Of a DNA stretch of 64,000 nt, positions 13,627 through 27,745 are shown piece by piece. The notes under the pieces are model-generated. The model ran no database searches. It saw nothing but the letters and a program-made list of their open reading frames with translations, and was not told the DNA's origin. Numbering within the stretch: the stretch's first letter is position 1; every line of letters starts with the position of its first letter. The position numbers and the translations under genes are program-made. This stretch comes from Octopus vulgaris (lineage: Eukaryota). The stretch is taken from NCBI GenBank assembly GCA_951406725.2, contig OX597817.1, positions 22,134,001 to 22,198,000 of the forward strand, read 5' to 3'.

Positions 13627-14591
13627 TGTGTGTGTGTGTGTGAGTGTGTGTGTGTGAGCATAATGTTTTATATAATTATTTATATTATAATCTTAGCAAT
13701 TTAATTATAATTTGTTCCTATTCTTAGCCTTAATTCTTCATAAATAGCTAATATAAATATGGTCCTTTGTTTCCATCAAACAAGCATTCTCCTATTGTTT
13801 ATGTTAGACAATAGTTGAAAGCTTATCTGCAGGGGATTGAATGACTGACACATCAATGAAACAAATGAAATACTTGAGGTGATTGTGTTAGTTTATACCA
13901 GCCAAGGTTTATATGGTATCTTTTGCAGATCAAAGCAGCAGGTGCTCTGTCCTGCAAGTAATAGATATTCAGTGCAAGTTTTGTCAGAGGGCCTGTTGTT
14001 AAATCTCAAATTGGTGCTCAAAATTTCATTTGCATTACAATCTGAGTTGTCAGTTTATGCAGGCACATAGGCACACACCCACATGGCCAAAGTTCAATGT
14101 CTGAAAAAGAAGAAAAGTAAAGTATATCATATACGTATTTGTGTATGTGAAGGGAAGGGGAGAATTAAATAAAGTGTAAGTAAGAGGAAATGGAAGTGCT
14201 CAATATTGAAAGTAGAGCTGTGTAATATTTTAGAAACTGGAATTTAATAGATGATATTGCAATAATTTTAGTAGTTTCAATTTCCAAAGTGTGTGTGTGT
14301 GTGTGTGTGTGTGTGCATGTGTGTGTATGTTAATATAAAGGATCTTTTCTTTCCAATATGTCTATATTATTATATGACTATACTCAGTTTTAATATTTCT
14401 TTTAATGATTTTCCTTATTTCCTTATTAGTTCTTCTTAACCCATTAACATTTCCAGGACTTCAGTAGTCTCCTCATCAAAATAAAATGCTAACGATGCAT
14501 TGCTCTGGCATTTTGATGTAGAGTACAAATGATAATGTTAATACTGTGTCCATTGATAAAAAAAAATTCTATATCAAATTTCAGAAAATTA

Positions 14592-14962
14592 TAGGCAGAG
14601 GTATGAATGTGTGGCTAGGAGGTTTGTTTCCCAACCACAAGGTTTCATGTTCAGTCCCACTGCATTGCACCTTGGGCAAGTGTCTTCTACTCTAGCTCTG
14701 GGCTGACTGAAGCATTGGTGGATTTGGTAGGCGGAAACTGAAAGAAGCTTGTTATATAAAAGTGTGTGTGAAAGAGAGAGAGAGACAGAGAGAGGGAGAG
14801 AAAGGGGCAGCTAGTGTGTAGGTGTCTGCGTCACCTTGTGTTGAAGATACCGATAGAATAAGTACTGGGCTTACAAAGAATAAGTCCCGGGGTCGATTTG
14901 CTCGACTAAAGGCAGTGCTCCAGCATGGCCGCAGTCAAATGACTGAAACAAGTAAAAGAGTA
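14592..14962 (+). mobile_element. SINE family A, diverged 5' half joined to a well-conserved 3' end
   Basis: CORE-like CACCTTGGGCAAGTGTCTTC, and 3' GATAGAATAAGTACTGGGCTTACAAAG..GAAACAAGTAAAAGAG. Confidence 0.85.
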
Positions 14963-16952
14963 ACAAATTTTTTATGGTTATTCTTATTGCTTGTAGAATT
15001 CTATATAAAACTATCAACTATTTTCTGCACAGTTGAAATACAGGTAATTATAAACACGTTGTCAACTGATGAGAAAACTGAGGGATTGTAAGTCCAGTAT
15101 AACAATTTGAGTTCACAGTTTTGTGTTTACAATAAAATATATTACATTGGTCATCTGACGTAAATCTATGACTTGTTACAAACATACATATGTATTTACA
15201 CATACATGCACACAATGGGCTTCTTTCAGTTTCCATCAATTAAATTCACTCATAAGTTTTTTGTCCGCCAGGAGATATATTAGAAAACACTTGCCCAAGG
15301 TACCATGAAGTAGGATTGAAACCAAAAGCATGTGCTTCACAAATAGGCTTCTAAACCATACAGCCATTCATGCATCTCACATCCATGCCTATGAATTTAT
15401 AATATATCAATTCACTATTTTCTCAGCACAGATACACCAGCACTGATTATTTAGCAAATGCATTTGACATAGACATCATGAAGTATTTGACAAAGGCATC
15501 ATGAGCTCAAAGAAGTTGTCACTAGCAATTCTTGTTCCTATTAGTTTAGATAATTTATTTAGAGTATTCAGTAAAAAGTACAGTCATATATACATGGAGA
15601 ATCTAATGGGTGTGATAAACTTAGTACATGCTGCGACTAAACATCAGGGTTGGTAACACAAGAGGTTGTTTCAATGAAGCCACCTCAATATAAGTGAAGT
15701 GTATAGATATCTCTCTAAGCCATCTAGTTAGCCATAAAATGAGAGGAGAAGGGCATATGTGTGAGTGTGTGTAGATTATACACACATACGCACATATATA
15801 CACGAGTAAAGAAATTATAGTTATGGTCTGACGTCAAAACCGTCCTTTTCATCATCAGTGCAATCAAGGTGTAACATTATACTTGGTTTCAGATTCTTTT
15901 TGCTATGCAGGCATATTTGATAAAGAATGCATGGATATATTGCACAAAAACCACACAGACACACACAGTCACACAGCCACATACACACACACACACACAC
16001 AGAGAAACTTAATGAAAAAAGAAACTTTAAATATTCATGAATTAGTTGAGAAGATTGACTCTTAACTTCTGGGGACATCAGTCTATGACAAGAAGCACAG
16101 AAAACAATAAATAATAAATTTAAATAAAAATGAAAGAAAAACAATATAATGGAAATGCAAATTAAAAGGTAAATTTCAGGAAAAAAAAAATGTGAAAAGG
16201 AAGACATCAGAAATATGACAAGAGAATTATGAATGCATTCATGAAAAGCAGTAGAAAATCTTATTTTGTTCTTTGATGTTGAATATAAAAGGTTCACTAA
16301 GGAATGTGGTCTTGCAAACTGTTCCATATTTAGGGACTGCATTTTTGTTTTGTTCTTTCCCTTTAAAGAAATCCTTAGATTGGATAGTTTGATGAATCAT
16401 CAAATTCAGACAATGAATCACAATCACTTTTCTTTTCATTCTTCAAACTATGTCTTTAAACCAGTATGATCAATAAGGATTTTTTTAAACATTGATGCTT
16501 GCATATGAATGACTGAACCCTGTAATATTTTAGTTAATAGCATGATAACCTTCTTAATGCCGAACTCACAGTAATTAAAAGAAAGATTAGCAATTGGGTT
16601 TTGTTTGTTTTATATTAAATATATACATACATAAATTGAATAAATTAGATTAATGCATATTAGGTAAAAACAAAAGAATAAAGAGCTTAAGAGAGACTTC
16701 AGTGACTATACCACTAATTAAAACTCAGGTTAAAACCTTAGTAAAACAAGAAAAGACAAATCAGTAAACGAGAATGTAAACTTTATGAAAAAAATTGTTG
16801 TTTTTTTTTGTTTGTTTCTTTGTTTTCACTTTATTGATCACAAACAGATTTTGTGCTTAATTCTGCCAAAATAATGAAACATTTCCCAAAAAATACATGC
16901 AAAAATTAATGGTAAATCAACAATTAACACATGAATCTAATTACAGATTATA

Positions 16953-16988
<36 letters not shown>

Positions 16989-17011
16989 TGTATGTATGTA
17001 TGTATGTATGC

Positions 17012-17046
<35 letters not shown>

Positions 17047-17074
17047 TGTATGTATGTATATATATCCAAAAACG

Positions 17075-17121
<47 letters not shown>

Positions 17122-17234
17122 TACATATAGATAGATAGATAGATGGATAGATAGATATACATATATATTTATATACATATATATATATACGTACATGCAT
17201 GCACACAGATATATATACTAACTTCTTAAATCCT

Positions 17235-17530
17235 TATGAGGTTTGATCAATAAGTATCCGGACTGTTGCCATAGTAATGAAGCTAAAGCGCACAGAGTGA
17301 ACCCACTTGGCAAAGATTTATCTTGAACACAACTGTGCATGCACACTAAGTTTTAACATTTTAACCTTATTTACGTTATTTACAGAAATGTTTGAAAGGA
17401 AGGTATGTAGGTAGTGTGTGAGCATTGCATTGACCATGACAGAGAAAATTGTCATGGGAATACCTGCTCAAAAGCGTATGCAAAGTTTCAGAATGTGTAT
17501 GGAGAGGAGTGTGTGAGCTACAAACAAATG
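17235..17530 (+). mobile_element. Mariner 5' fragment (TIR and start of the transposase HTH)
   Basis: TA(T/C)GAGGTTTGATCAATAAGTATCCGGAC resembles a mariner TIR. Downstream translates MTEKI..GNTCSKAYAKFQNVYGEECVSYKQ, similar to a mariner N-terminal HTH. Confidence 0.65.
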
Positions 17531-17544
17531 CTGATTTGATATGC

Positions 17545-17991
17545 TAAGTAACATAAGCTATCAAGTACTTCTAGGTATCAACCCTGTCTTCTGATAGAGT
17601 CTATATTCTGTACGTTTCTAATGTTTATTATACCTGTACATCTGCCACACACAAAGACTATTTTCCCTGTAAACCTTACTTTGATATTGCTGCACTTCTT
17701 ATGTGCTCATAGCTTGCACTGGGTACATCTTATGAAGTTTCTACCTACACCTTATCTACATATATAGCAGGGCTATGTACCTGAAAGGATTTGTATTTGT
17801 CTGTTTTCCTCCTAAAATTTGTGTTTTTGCTAAATTAATCTAAGGGCCCTTTCCACACCTGAAATCTTTTCTCTAGTTTTGATAGTGTTTCGGTTATAAC
17901 AACAAGATCATCAGCGTAGAGAAGCTCCCAAGGGCAACCTAACTTCTATTGTTGCCTGGAGGACCTTGATGAACAAGTGGGGGTTGAGGAT
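17545..17991 (-). pseudogene. RTE-clade LINE reverse transcriptase relic followed by a PHD-like zinc finger
   Basis: Minus translation: ILNPHLFIKVLQA..GCPWELLYADDLVVITETLSKLEKRFQVWK..NLAKT..PCYICR*GVGRNFIRCTQCKL*AHKKCSNIK..VFVCGRC. Confidence 0.85.
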
Positions 17992-18019
17992 ATACATATA
18001 TATATATATATATTTAAAA

Positions 18020-18445
<426 letters not shown>

Positions 18446-18516
18446 TAAATAAATACATATGTCAACAGTTTTTAAATTCATTTATATATATATATATATG
18501 TATATATATTTATATT

Positions 18517-18697
18517 TAAAGCAGCAGAAAATTCAACAAAACCTGTTACTCTGAGTTTCCCATTGCAGTTCAAAAACTGTCCGAAGAACGGCAACGGAAA
18601 CTCAGAGTAATATATTTCTGCTGCTTTATAAAGCATATTACTCTACCACTGGTATTTGAGTACTCTTTTTTCCACCTTGTTTCACATTTATATGCTC

Positions 18698-18700
<3 letters not shown>
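18517..18700. mobile_element. Inverted pair of Penelope-like terminal repeats with a hammerhead-like motif
   Basis: Perfect 14-bp arms (18517-18530 / 18615-18628) and 15-bp arms (18546-18560 / 18596-18610). The right arm reads CTGT-CCGAAGA-ACG-GCAA-CG-GAAACTCAGAGTA. Embedded in (TA)n. Confidence 0.6.
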
Positions 18701-18765
<65 letters not shown>

Positions 18766-18881
18766 TATATGTCTATGTATATCACTCTATCGATAGCCTA
18801 TCAGATGTCACTATATACTGCTGGTTGTAATGTGCTTCCAATTCTTTCTTGATCGTACTCTTCTTTTCCAACTAGGCCAAA

Positions 18882-18913
<32 letters not shown>

Positions 18914-19419
18914 CTATGAATGTATATATGTTATATATGGGGAATTATGGGGAATTGAATATTTTGGCTCTCAGCGAAGTTGACAGATGTGGAAAAACTG
19001 GTTCCTGATTGGTTCATCATAATGTTCTTTTATATTATAGCTTATACATAAAGGAGAATAGGGTATAGTCTGGGTGTATATAGATATTTGTAGTTGTTAT
19101 GCATAGTTAGTTTTGTATCAAAACTAGTTATTTAAGTACTTTACACACTTATATAAATATGTTCATACATTTTATCATTTATTGTTTACTAATTTTTTAG
19201 TCATTGCACTGCAACCATGTGGGGCCTTACTTTCAAGTGGGGTGCGCAGCTGAAAAATTGCCTCTAGTATTGATTTTATTTACAGTTTAGTACTTATTCT
19301 ATCAGTCTCATTTGCCAAGCTGCCAAGATATAGGGATGTAAACAAACTAGCACTGTTTGTCTAGTGGTGGTAGCGGTGATGAATAAACACAAACACACAC
19401 ACAAACAAACTCATATATG

Positions 19420-19752
19420 ATGTGGCACATTGGGCAAGTGTCTTCTACTATAGCCACAGGCTAACCAAAGCCTTGTGAGTGGATTTGGTAGATGGAAACT
19501 GAAAGAAGCCCGTCGTATATATGTATATATGTATATGTGTGTGTTTATGTGACTGTGTTTGTCCCCCCAACATTGCTTGACAACCGATGCTGGTGTGTTT
19601 ACGTCCCCGTAACTTAGCAGTTCAGCAAAAAAGGCCGATAGAATAAGTACTAGGCTTACAAAGAATAAGTCCTGGGGTCGATTTGGTCGACTAAAGGTGG
19701 TGCTCCACCATGGCCACAGTCAAATGACTGAAACAAGTAAAAGAGTAAAGAG
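19420..19752 (+). mobile_element. SINE family A, 5'-truncated, flanked by opposite-strand decayed family A pieces (~19190-19400 and ~19760-19900)
   Basis: Matches the 7681-8079 copy from the CORE-like region through the tail. Confidence 0.88.
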
Positions 19753-20422
19753 TACTTCGACGCAGTTTCTGTTTCCCAAATTCATTCAGTAGGCATTGGT
19801 TGGACTGAAGCTTTTGTAAGAAGACACTTGCTTGAGGTTCCATGCAGTGGGACTGAACCCAAAAGCCATTTGGTTCAAGGCAAGTTTCTTAACACCATAC
19901 CCATGCTTCTGTATGTGTGTGTGTGCGTGCATGCAAAGGGTAATATATGTATGTATAAAACATATATATATATATTTATAGTTACTTTTGGGTCTCTTTC
20001 CCATGCTGGCAAAGGTTAGAAAGGCTTATGCACTTTTTGGCAGTTCCTATCTCAAGACATATATACTATAACATATGCAGATATATTTATATACACACTC
20101 GCACGCAAAGATATATATGTACATTAAAATATATATATATATACATTAAAGCATGCATACATACACATGCACACACATGCACAAAGACACACACAAATGT
20201 ACACACATACATACCACACACACACACATTCAGTGCCAAGATGGAAAAGAAAAGCACAATCAAGAAGGAATTAGAAGCACATCATGACCAACAGTATATA
20301 GGAACATCTGATAGTCTGGTTGATCGAGTGATATAGTTATACATATATATATATATATATACAGATAGATAGATAGAGAGAGAGAGAGAGAAACAGATAG
20401 ATAAATAGATACATAGATAGAC

Positions 20423-20511
<89 letters not shown>

Positions 20512-20835
20512 TATACATGTATATACATACACATACAAACATGTTTAAAAATATAACATGTACGCAAACACAAATATATTGGTAAATGTTTTCATGCATG
20601 TATACAAACATGTATATATATGTATATATATATATATATATCATCACAGAAGCACATTGATGCATTCATAGATTGATATTCAGATCTATAAGTGTCTAAT
20701 GTATGAGGTGAATAGGGGAAAAAAAGAACCTGAAATACATGATTTCCTGTGCCACACATTGGCATGTAAGTATCCATTCACTACTGTAACAATTATCAGT
20801 ATGAATGAGCACTTTACAAGCAATTTGTGTCCATA

Positions 20836-20892
<57 letters not shown>

Positions 20893-20956
20893 AACTAATC
20901 AATTAAAGATATGAATACATGTGCTTACATATAAAGATGTATGTTCATTTATAGAC

Positions 20957-20987
<31 letters not shown>

Positions 20988-21475
20988 AGTGATTAAATGG
21001 ACGTTATGTGCAGCTGGGCGTGAAGTAGGCATATATGGTACACTTAGCACATATACTCCTACTTTCTATAATTCTATGTAATCAGATTCAATGCTCTGTT
21101 GTAGCATTGTTTTTACTCATTAAAGAAGCCGAAGCTCTTTATGAAACAGTAACCACAACCCCAATGAGGAAAAAATAAAATCCATTGTGTTCTAAGTAAA
21201 AAAAAAAACGAAACAAAAATAATTGATACATACAAACTGTTTGTGGGTGTTTTATGGAATTTTACAGTCTAATGAGTGTGCTGACGCATGACTTAATTGT
21301 TATTGTTCTCCATAATTCGTTATTGCTATTGTTGTGGCTAATATATATGAATGTAAGTATGTATGTGTGTATGTATACACTAAAATATATTCTACCTTAT
21401 ATATATAGCTATATTTATAGCTATATATATATAGCTATAAATATGTATATACATATGCATATATATATGCATGTG

Positions 21476-21522
<47 letters not shown>

Positions 21523-21614
21523 TATATATATACACAAATATACATATATATATATATATATGCATATATATACAGCTTCCTGAAGATTTCATCCTGTAGA
21601 AGCTCCTTCTATAA

Positions 21615-21654
<40 letters not shown>

Positions 21655-21763
21655 TATATATGCACAAACATATACATATAACCATCGACAAAATTTTCTC
21701 ACTCATAAGGCCTGTATGCTCTGAAAGTGGGACTTTCCCAAATAAAGTGCACTTCATATTCAA

Positions 21764-21844
21764 GGCTCTGATGAAGCTTTAAGATATTATCCTGATACTT
21801 GACTAAGAGTCCAACACATCTTATAGCAGAAACAGCTGTAAGCT
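21764..21844 (+). ncRNA. Type I hammerhead ribozyme with intact core and a palindromic minimal stem III
   Basis: Stem I GGCT/AGCT; core CTGATGA (21768-21774); stem II GCTTTAAGAT/ATCTTATAGC; GAAAC (21829-21833); palindromic ACAGCTGT; cleavage triplet GTA (21838-21840). Confidence 0.72.
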
Positions 21845-22112
21845 AATGAAATTCATTATATAACATTTGGTTTTTCCAGAGTAATCTCTTTGTTTTCTTT
21901 TACCACTGTATACTCATATAACATTGTGTTCTGGACCAAATGTATATTGAGTTTTACACAAGGTTATTGGTCTCACTATGCCAAAGTGAAATATTAAAAT
22001 ATTTATATGTCTATATATTCATTTAACATCTGTTTTCCATGCTGCCATGGGTCAGGAATTTGGACAGGAGCTGTCAAAGCCAGAGGACTGTGCCAAGATC
22101 TACTATCTGATG

Positions 22113-22144
<32 letters not shown>

Positions 22145-22428
22145 ATATATATAAATTAGAGAAAAAACACTATTATGTAATTAAAACAATGATAGACATA
22201 AAACTAAATCATAAATAAAAAATAAAATATATTTTAAAACATATAACTAGATCACAAAAAGTACAAAAATGAATAAACAATATATAATAAGTAAAAAGAC
22301 TACGTAGATTTCATAGCTATAATTTAAATTCGAATTGCAATTAAATTTAAATTTAATCGAAAAACAATTGTGAAATTTGATTTAATACTAAATTGAAGTT
22401 TGCCCTGTAAGTTTGGAGTTATACTCCC

Positions 22429-22486
<58 letters not shown>

Positions 22487-22729
22487 GAATATATATATAT
22501 AAATGTGTACTTGTGAGCTTGTCCGCATGTTTGTGCATATATATAATACACAAACGCATCCGAATTTGTTGAATGAGGAGAATGCATGAAATGGTAAAAT
22601 GTCATCCCCAAGTAGAATAATCGAGGGTACCAGCCATCCAAGTTGAGAGCAATATGGTAAATTACCTGATTACAGATAAAAAAAAAGCCTATGAAAATAG
22701 TTGTTTTGGAGATTCTTCAAATATATATC

Positions 22730-23440
22730 ATAGTAGAGTACAGGCTAATAACTTGAATATTTAATCACATTATACAAAGAATGTCATACACAGTGACCAA
22801 CATAGCAGTATGATCATAAATTGCCATAATAACCAAATTGATGCAGTAGAAGAGTGGATTATACATATGCAACAAACTATTTTACTACATCATGAAAGCT
22901 AATGCAAAAGTTGATAAGAAAAATGTTTAGTCTAGATGATATGTTGTTTGGCTTTGTGCTAGGAAGATGTATTATTGATGCTGTACTCCTGTGAGACAAC
23001 TTCAAACGAAGTACTTAACTTGGAGTAAGGCTAGATACCATCAAACTGGAAAAGGCTTTTGACAAGTCTCTCACTCTTTGATCTAGTAGTCATTTAGAAA
23101 AGTAGCAGTTGATAACTGATTTGTGAGAGCTGTTCAAGCCATGTACAGAGAGGCAATCATGATGCACGTGTAAGCAATGAGTCCGGTGGGGAATTTAAAT
23201 ACATGTAAGGTCCATCAAGGTTTATTTCTCAACCACTTCATATTGATTTTAGTCAGAACTGAGGAGTTTTAGACTGATTGATGATTTAATACTTATAGCT
23301 GAATATTAGAAAATTAAACAAAAAAGTTCCAGACAAGAAAGCAAGACCTGCAATTGAAGTATAAAAAAAAAAAAACTTAGCTACGTCACAAGTTTCACTA
23401 AGTATGGAAAAAAACGGATCTCCGTAATCATTAGGATAAT
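22730..23440 (+). pseudogene. Highly decayed RTE-like LINE RT fragment
   Basis: Translatable patches: SLDDMLFGFVLGRCIIDAV, VRQLQTKYL, KLEKAFDK, VRAVQAMY, VHQG, DDLILIAE. Confidence 0.75.
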
Positions 23441-23697
23441 AATGTCTGTGTATATATATTTTTCTTTTCTTTTTTGCTTGTTACAGTCATTAGACAATGA
23501 CCATGCTGTGACATAACCTTGAGGAGTTTTAGTTGAATAAATCAATAACAATATGTACAAGCAGATCTAGTTCTTCTTCTATCAGTTTCCTTTGGTGAAC
23601 TTCTATGTTATGAGGAATTTAAACAAACTAACACTGATTGCCAACTAGCAGGGTGACCAATACAAAAACAAAGGTTTTACATATATATATATACATA

Positions 23698-24105
23698 GGC
23701 ATAAGAGTGGCTGTGTGGTAAGTAGCTTGCTTACCAACCACATGGTTCCAGGTTCAGTCCCACTGCATGGCATCTTGCGCAAGTGTCTCCTACTATGGGC
23801 TTGGGCCGACCAAAGCCATGTGAGTGGTTTTGGTAGAGAGAAACTGAAAGAAGCCCATCGTATATATGTATATATATATATATATATATATACGTATGTG
23901 TGTGTATATGTTTGTGTGCCTCTGTTTGTCCCCCCCCCATTGCTGGTGTGTTTACGTCCCCGTAACTTAGCAGTTTGGCAAAAGAAACCAAAAGAATAAG
24001 TACTAGGCTTACAAAGAATAAGTCCTGGGGTCGATTTGCTCGACTAAAGGCGGTGCTCCAGCATGACCACAGTCACATGACTAAAACAAGTAAAAGAGTA
24101 AAGAG
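23698..24105 (+). mobile_element. SINE family A, full length
   Basis: Same head, CORE-like region and tail as 7681-8079. Confidence 0.9.
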
Positions 24106-24791
24106 TATATATATATATATATGCATATGAGGCAGGCTTCCTAACAGTTTCCACTTATCAAATTCATTTAGAAATGATAACAGAAGACAAAATTTGGCAT
24201 GTTGTAGGAATGACACCAAATCTACACAGTTGCAAAACAAGCCTCTTAACCAAGCAGCCATCTATATTTGTATGCCTATACCTACACACACATACATATA
24301 CATATAAACACACACACACACAACACATATACACACATACGCACATGTATATCATCACACATATATAATGTGTGCTTGTGTGTGTGTGTGTGTGTGTGCA
24401 TATTTGTTTGCATGTGTGTGCTTGTATACATACTTGTATGCTCCTATGTGTGTGTATGCCTGCATCTAAATTAGAATGCTTTAAATTCCTCCAAAAGTTG
24501 CAGATTTGTGTTTTAAATTGATTAAAACAATAATGAAACTGAAATAAATTAATTTCACCATATTAATAAAAACTGGCAGTGGGTTAATATAATTTCTGAT
24601 TCTTGACAAGTGAATGTGATGCATGGGTTGATAATGATAAATCAATCCTTACATGTGCCGCCTGCCATTATTATAACTATTAACACCATTGATAATAAGC
24701 TGCTCCAAGACACTAATTATCATCATGTGCAAGCAGAAGCTGCATTGAATCTATTATTGGTGATTCACACACACATGTGTGTGTCTGTGTC

Positions 24792-24824
<33 letters not shown>

Positions 24825-25254
24825 ATATAGAGTCATATATATATATAGAGAGAGAGAGCTATATATATATACGTTTAAATATTTGTTGTGCAAGATTTTT
24901 TATGTGAAGAAATACAAAATGGCTGACGGTTAGTAAGGAGAGACACAAGTAAGTGAGAAGAAAACAAAGGACCACTGATGCGGTCACAGGAGTGTGACGA
25001 AAGAACTTTGGCCGAAATAAGATTAAGATTAATGTAAAAAATAAATATCACTGAAGCAAAATAACACCAAATATATAGTGCGTGTGTTTTTATTGGCTAA
25101 ACTGGCAATATGACCATTCCGAAATATATATATATATATATATTTAAAAATTATTGCTTCAAATCGGAGAATACATATTTTATGATACATTATTGTACAA
25201 TTACATACATACATATATATATATATATATTATATATAAATATATTTATGTCTT

Positions 25255-25570
<316 letters not shown>

Positions 25571-25784
25571 TAGGAGATAAATAAAAATATATGAATACAT
25601 ACAAACATATATGTACGTACCTACATCTACATGTATATATACATGCATATATAAATAATTATACGGGAGTACAAGACATCACAATAAGACGTAGAAACGG
25701 AAAAAAACAAAAAACAAAAAACAAGAAAACGGAAAACGAAAAACAATTACAGGATGAGCTACACAAGGACAAAAACCTTGTGAC

Positions 25785-25885
<101 letters not shown>

Positions 25886-26243
25886 ACTGTACAATAATAT
25901 ATCATAATAATGTGTATTCTCCGATCTGAAGCAACAGTTTTTAAGTACAAACAAATGACTACAAAATGGTTGAGCTAACCCTAGCCAGAATCGAACCTAC
26001 AAATCAATGCTAACATAGCTCCTTGCCCATTCAGCTGGGCCAAATACTCACCTATCAGTTTCAGCCAAATTTAATGAATATATACTTAAACTGTCTAATA
26101 CTACTTTTAATATTAGTAAACAAACCAGAAAGGCTTTGTAAGTTACAGAGAGAAAGCTACTATAGAAGACTTGTAGCATAATGATAACTGTATAATAACA
26201 TATCATAATGATATATTTCTGGTTTGCTTAGAAATATTATATT

Positions 26244-26295
<52 letters not shown>

Positions 26296-26470
26296 GATCA
26301 TTAGCCACTACACACATTTTTTTTCTCTCCTTGTTTCTTCTGTGTACCTTTCTGTAGAAGAGCATAGGCTTGAAACGTAAAAGACATTTTCTATTCCTGA
26401 GCGTTATACTAATACATCTGTTTGTTTTGTATACCACCTGTCTTCGTCTTTTATTTTTTTCGTAAACTCT

Positions 26471-26474
<4 letters not shown>
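26296..26474 (+). mobile_element. Penelope-like pseudo-LTR relic with a minimal hammerhead-like motif
   Basis: CTTT-CTGTAGA-AGAGC-ATAG-GCTT-GAAACGTA-AAAG. Reverse-complement homologue of 5395-5577, set between (TA)n tracts. Confidence 0.65.
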
Positions 26475-26517
<43 letters not shown>

Positions 26518-26989
26518 TATACAGTGATCATTGCCAATGCAGTCTGACTGGCTCCTGTGCAGGTGGCACATAAAAAGCACCATTTGAGCATTGTCAATGC
26601 CAGTACTGCTTGACTGGACCACGTGCTGGTGGCACGTTAAAGCACCCACTACACCTTCAGAGTGGTTGATGTTAGGAATGGAATCCAGCTGTAGAAACCT
26701 TGCTAGATCAGATTGGAGTCTGGTGCAGCCTTCTGATTATATATATATATATGTAAGTACATGCACGCATATATATGCACACATATATGCACACACACAC
26801 ACACATTTTTTTTTTTTCTAGTTTCAGCTCAGAGCTGCGGCCATGCTGATGCACCGCCGTTATATATATATAAGTTGTCAACACAAACATGTAATGTCTA
26901 TTTTCTATTATGCCATGAGTTGGATAATTTTTCAGGAGCTAGCAAGTCAGAAGACAGTGCCAAGCTCCACTGTCTCCTTTGGCACAGTA

Positions 26990-27238
26990 AAGGAAAAGTT
27001 ACCTTCTTAAGTCATACCAGCACACAAGGGCTGGTTTCCTGATTTCATGGCATATATATTCCATACCTGAATGGGATGCAAGTCCATCACAGGATTACTC
27101 ATTTTCCAGCTGAGTGGACAGGAGCAATGTTAAATGAAATGTTTTGGTCAAGAACACAATGTGTCACCTGGTCCAGGAATCGAAACCACAATCTTACAAT
27201 TATGAGTCCATGCCCTAAACAGTAAGCCACACACTTCC
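26990..27238 (-). mobile_element. tRNA-derived SINE with a V-domain-like segment
   Basis: Minus strand: tRNA-like head with GTTTCGATTCC, GTGTTCTTGA..CACTCAGCTG, CCTGTGATGGACTTGCATCCCATTCAGG. Homologue at ~63495-63680 (+). Confidence 0.7.
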
Positions 27239-27286
27239 ACTTTGGTATGGTTTCTACAGCTGGAACATCTAGATACACTCCCTAAT

Positions 27287-27745
27287 CATCATCATCATCA
27301 TTGTTTAACATCCGCTTTCCATGCTAGTATGAGTTGGACGATTTCACTGAGGACTGGCAAACCATATGGCTGCACCATGACTCCAATATGATCTGGCAGA
27401 GTTTCTACAGCTGGATTCCCTTCCTAATGCCAACCACTTCGAGAGTGGTGGGTGCTTTTACGTGCCCCAGGCATACGGGCCAGTCAGGTGGTACTGGCAA
27501 TGGCCACACTCAGATGGTGCTTTTTACGTGTCACCTGCACAGGAGCCAGTCCTGCAGCAATGGCAATCACCACGTTCAAATTTCTTTCATGTACCACCAG
27601 GACAAGTGCCAGTAAGGCGATGCTGGTAATGATCATGTTTGGATGGTGCTTTTTATGTGCCACCGGCACGGAAGCCAGTCTGCTGCTCTGGCAATGATCA
27701 CACTCGGATGGTGCTCTTAGTGCTCCACTGGCACGAGTGCCAGTC
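27287..27745 (-). mobile_element. Family D retroposon ((GAT)n tail, internal ~60-bp tandem units), older copy
   Basis: CATCATC..TTTAACATCCGCTTTCCATGCTAG, CTGGATTCCCTTCCTAATGCCAACC, then repeated ATGGTGCTTTTTA units. Confidence 0.85.

Noticed and set aside
15821-16342. 173-aa minus-strand ORF
   Set aside because: Low-complexity F/L/I-rich composition including a (TG)n tract, with no recognisable domain or splice structure.
21110-21155. Hairpin followed by GAAACAGTAA as a decayed hammerhead
   Set aside because: The core reads CTCATTA rather than CTGANGA, which is too degenerate to support.
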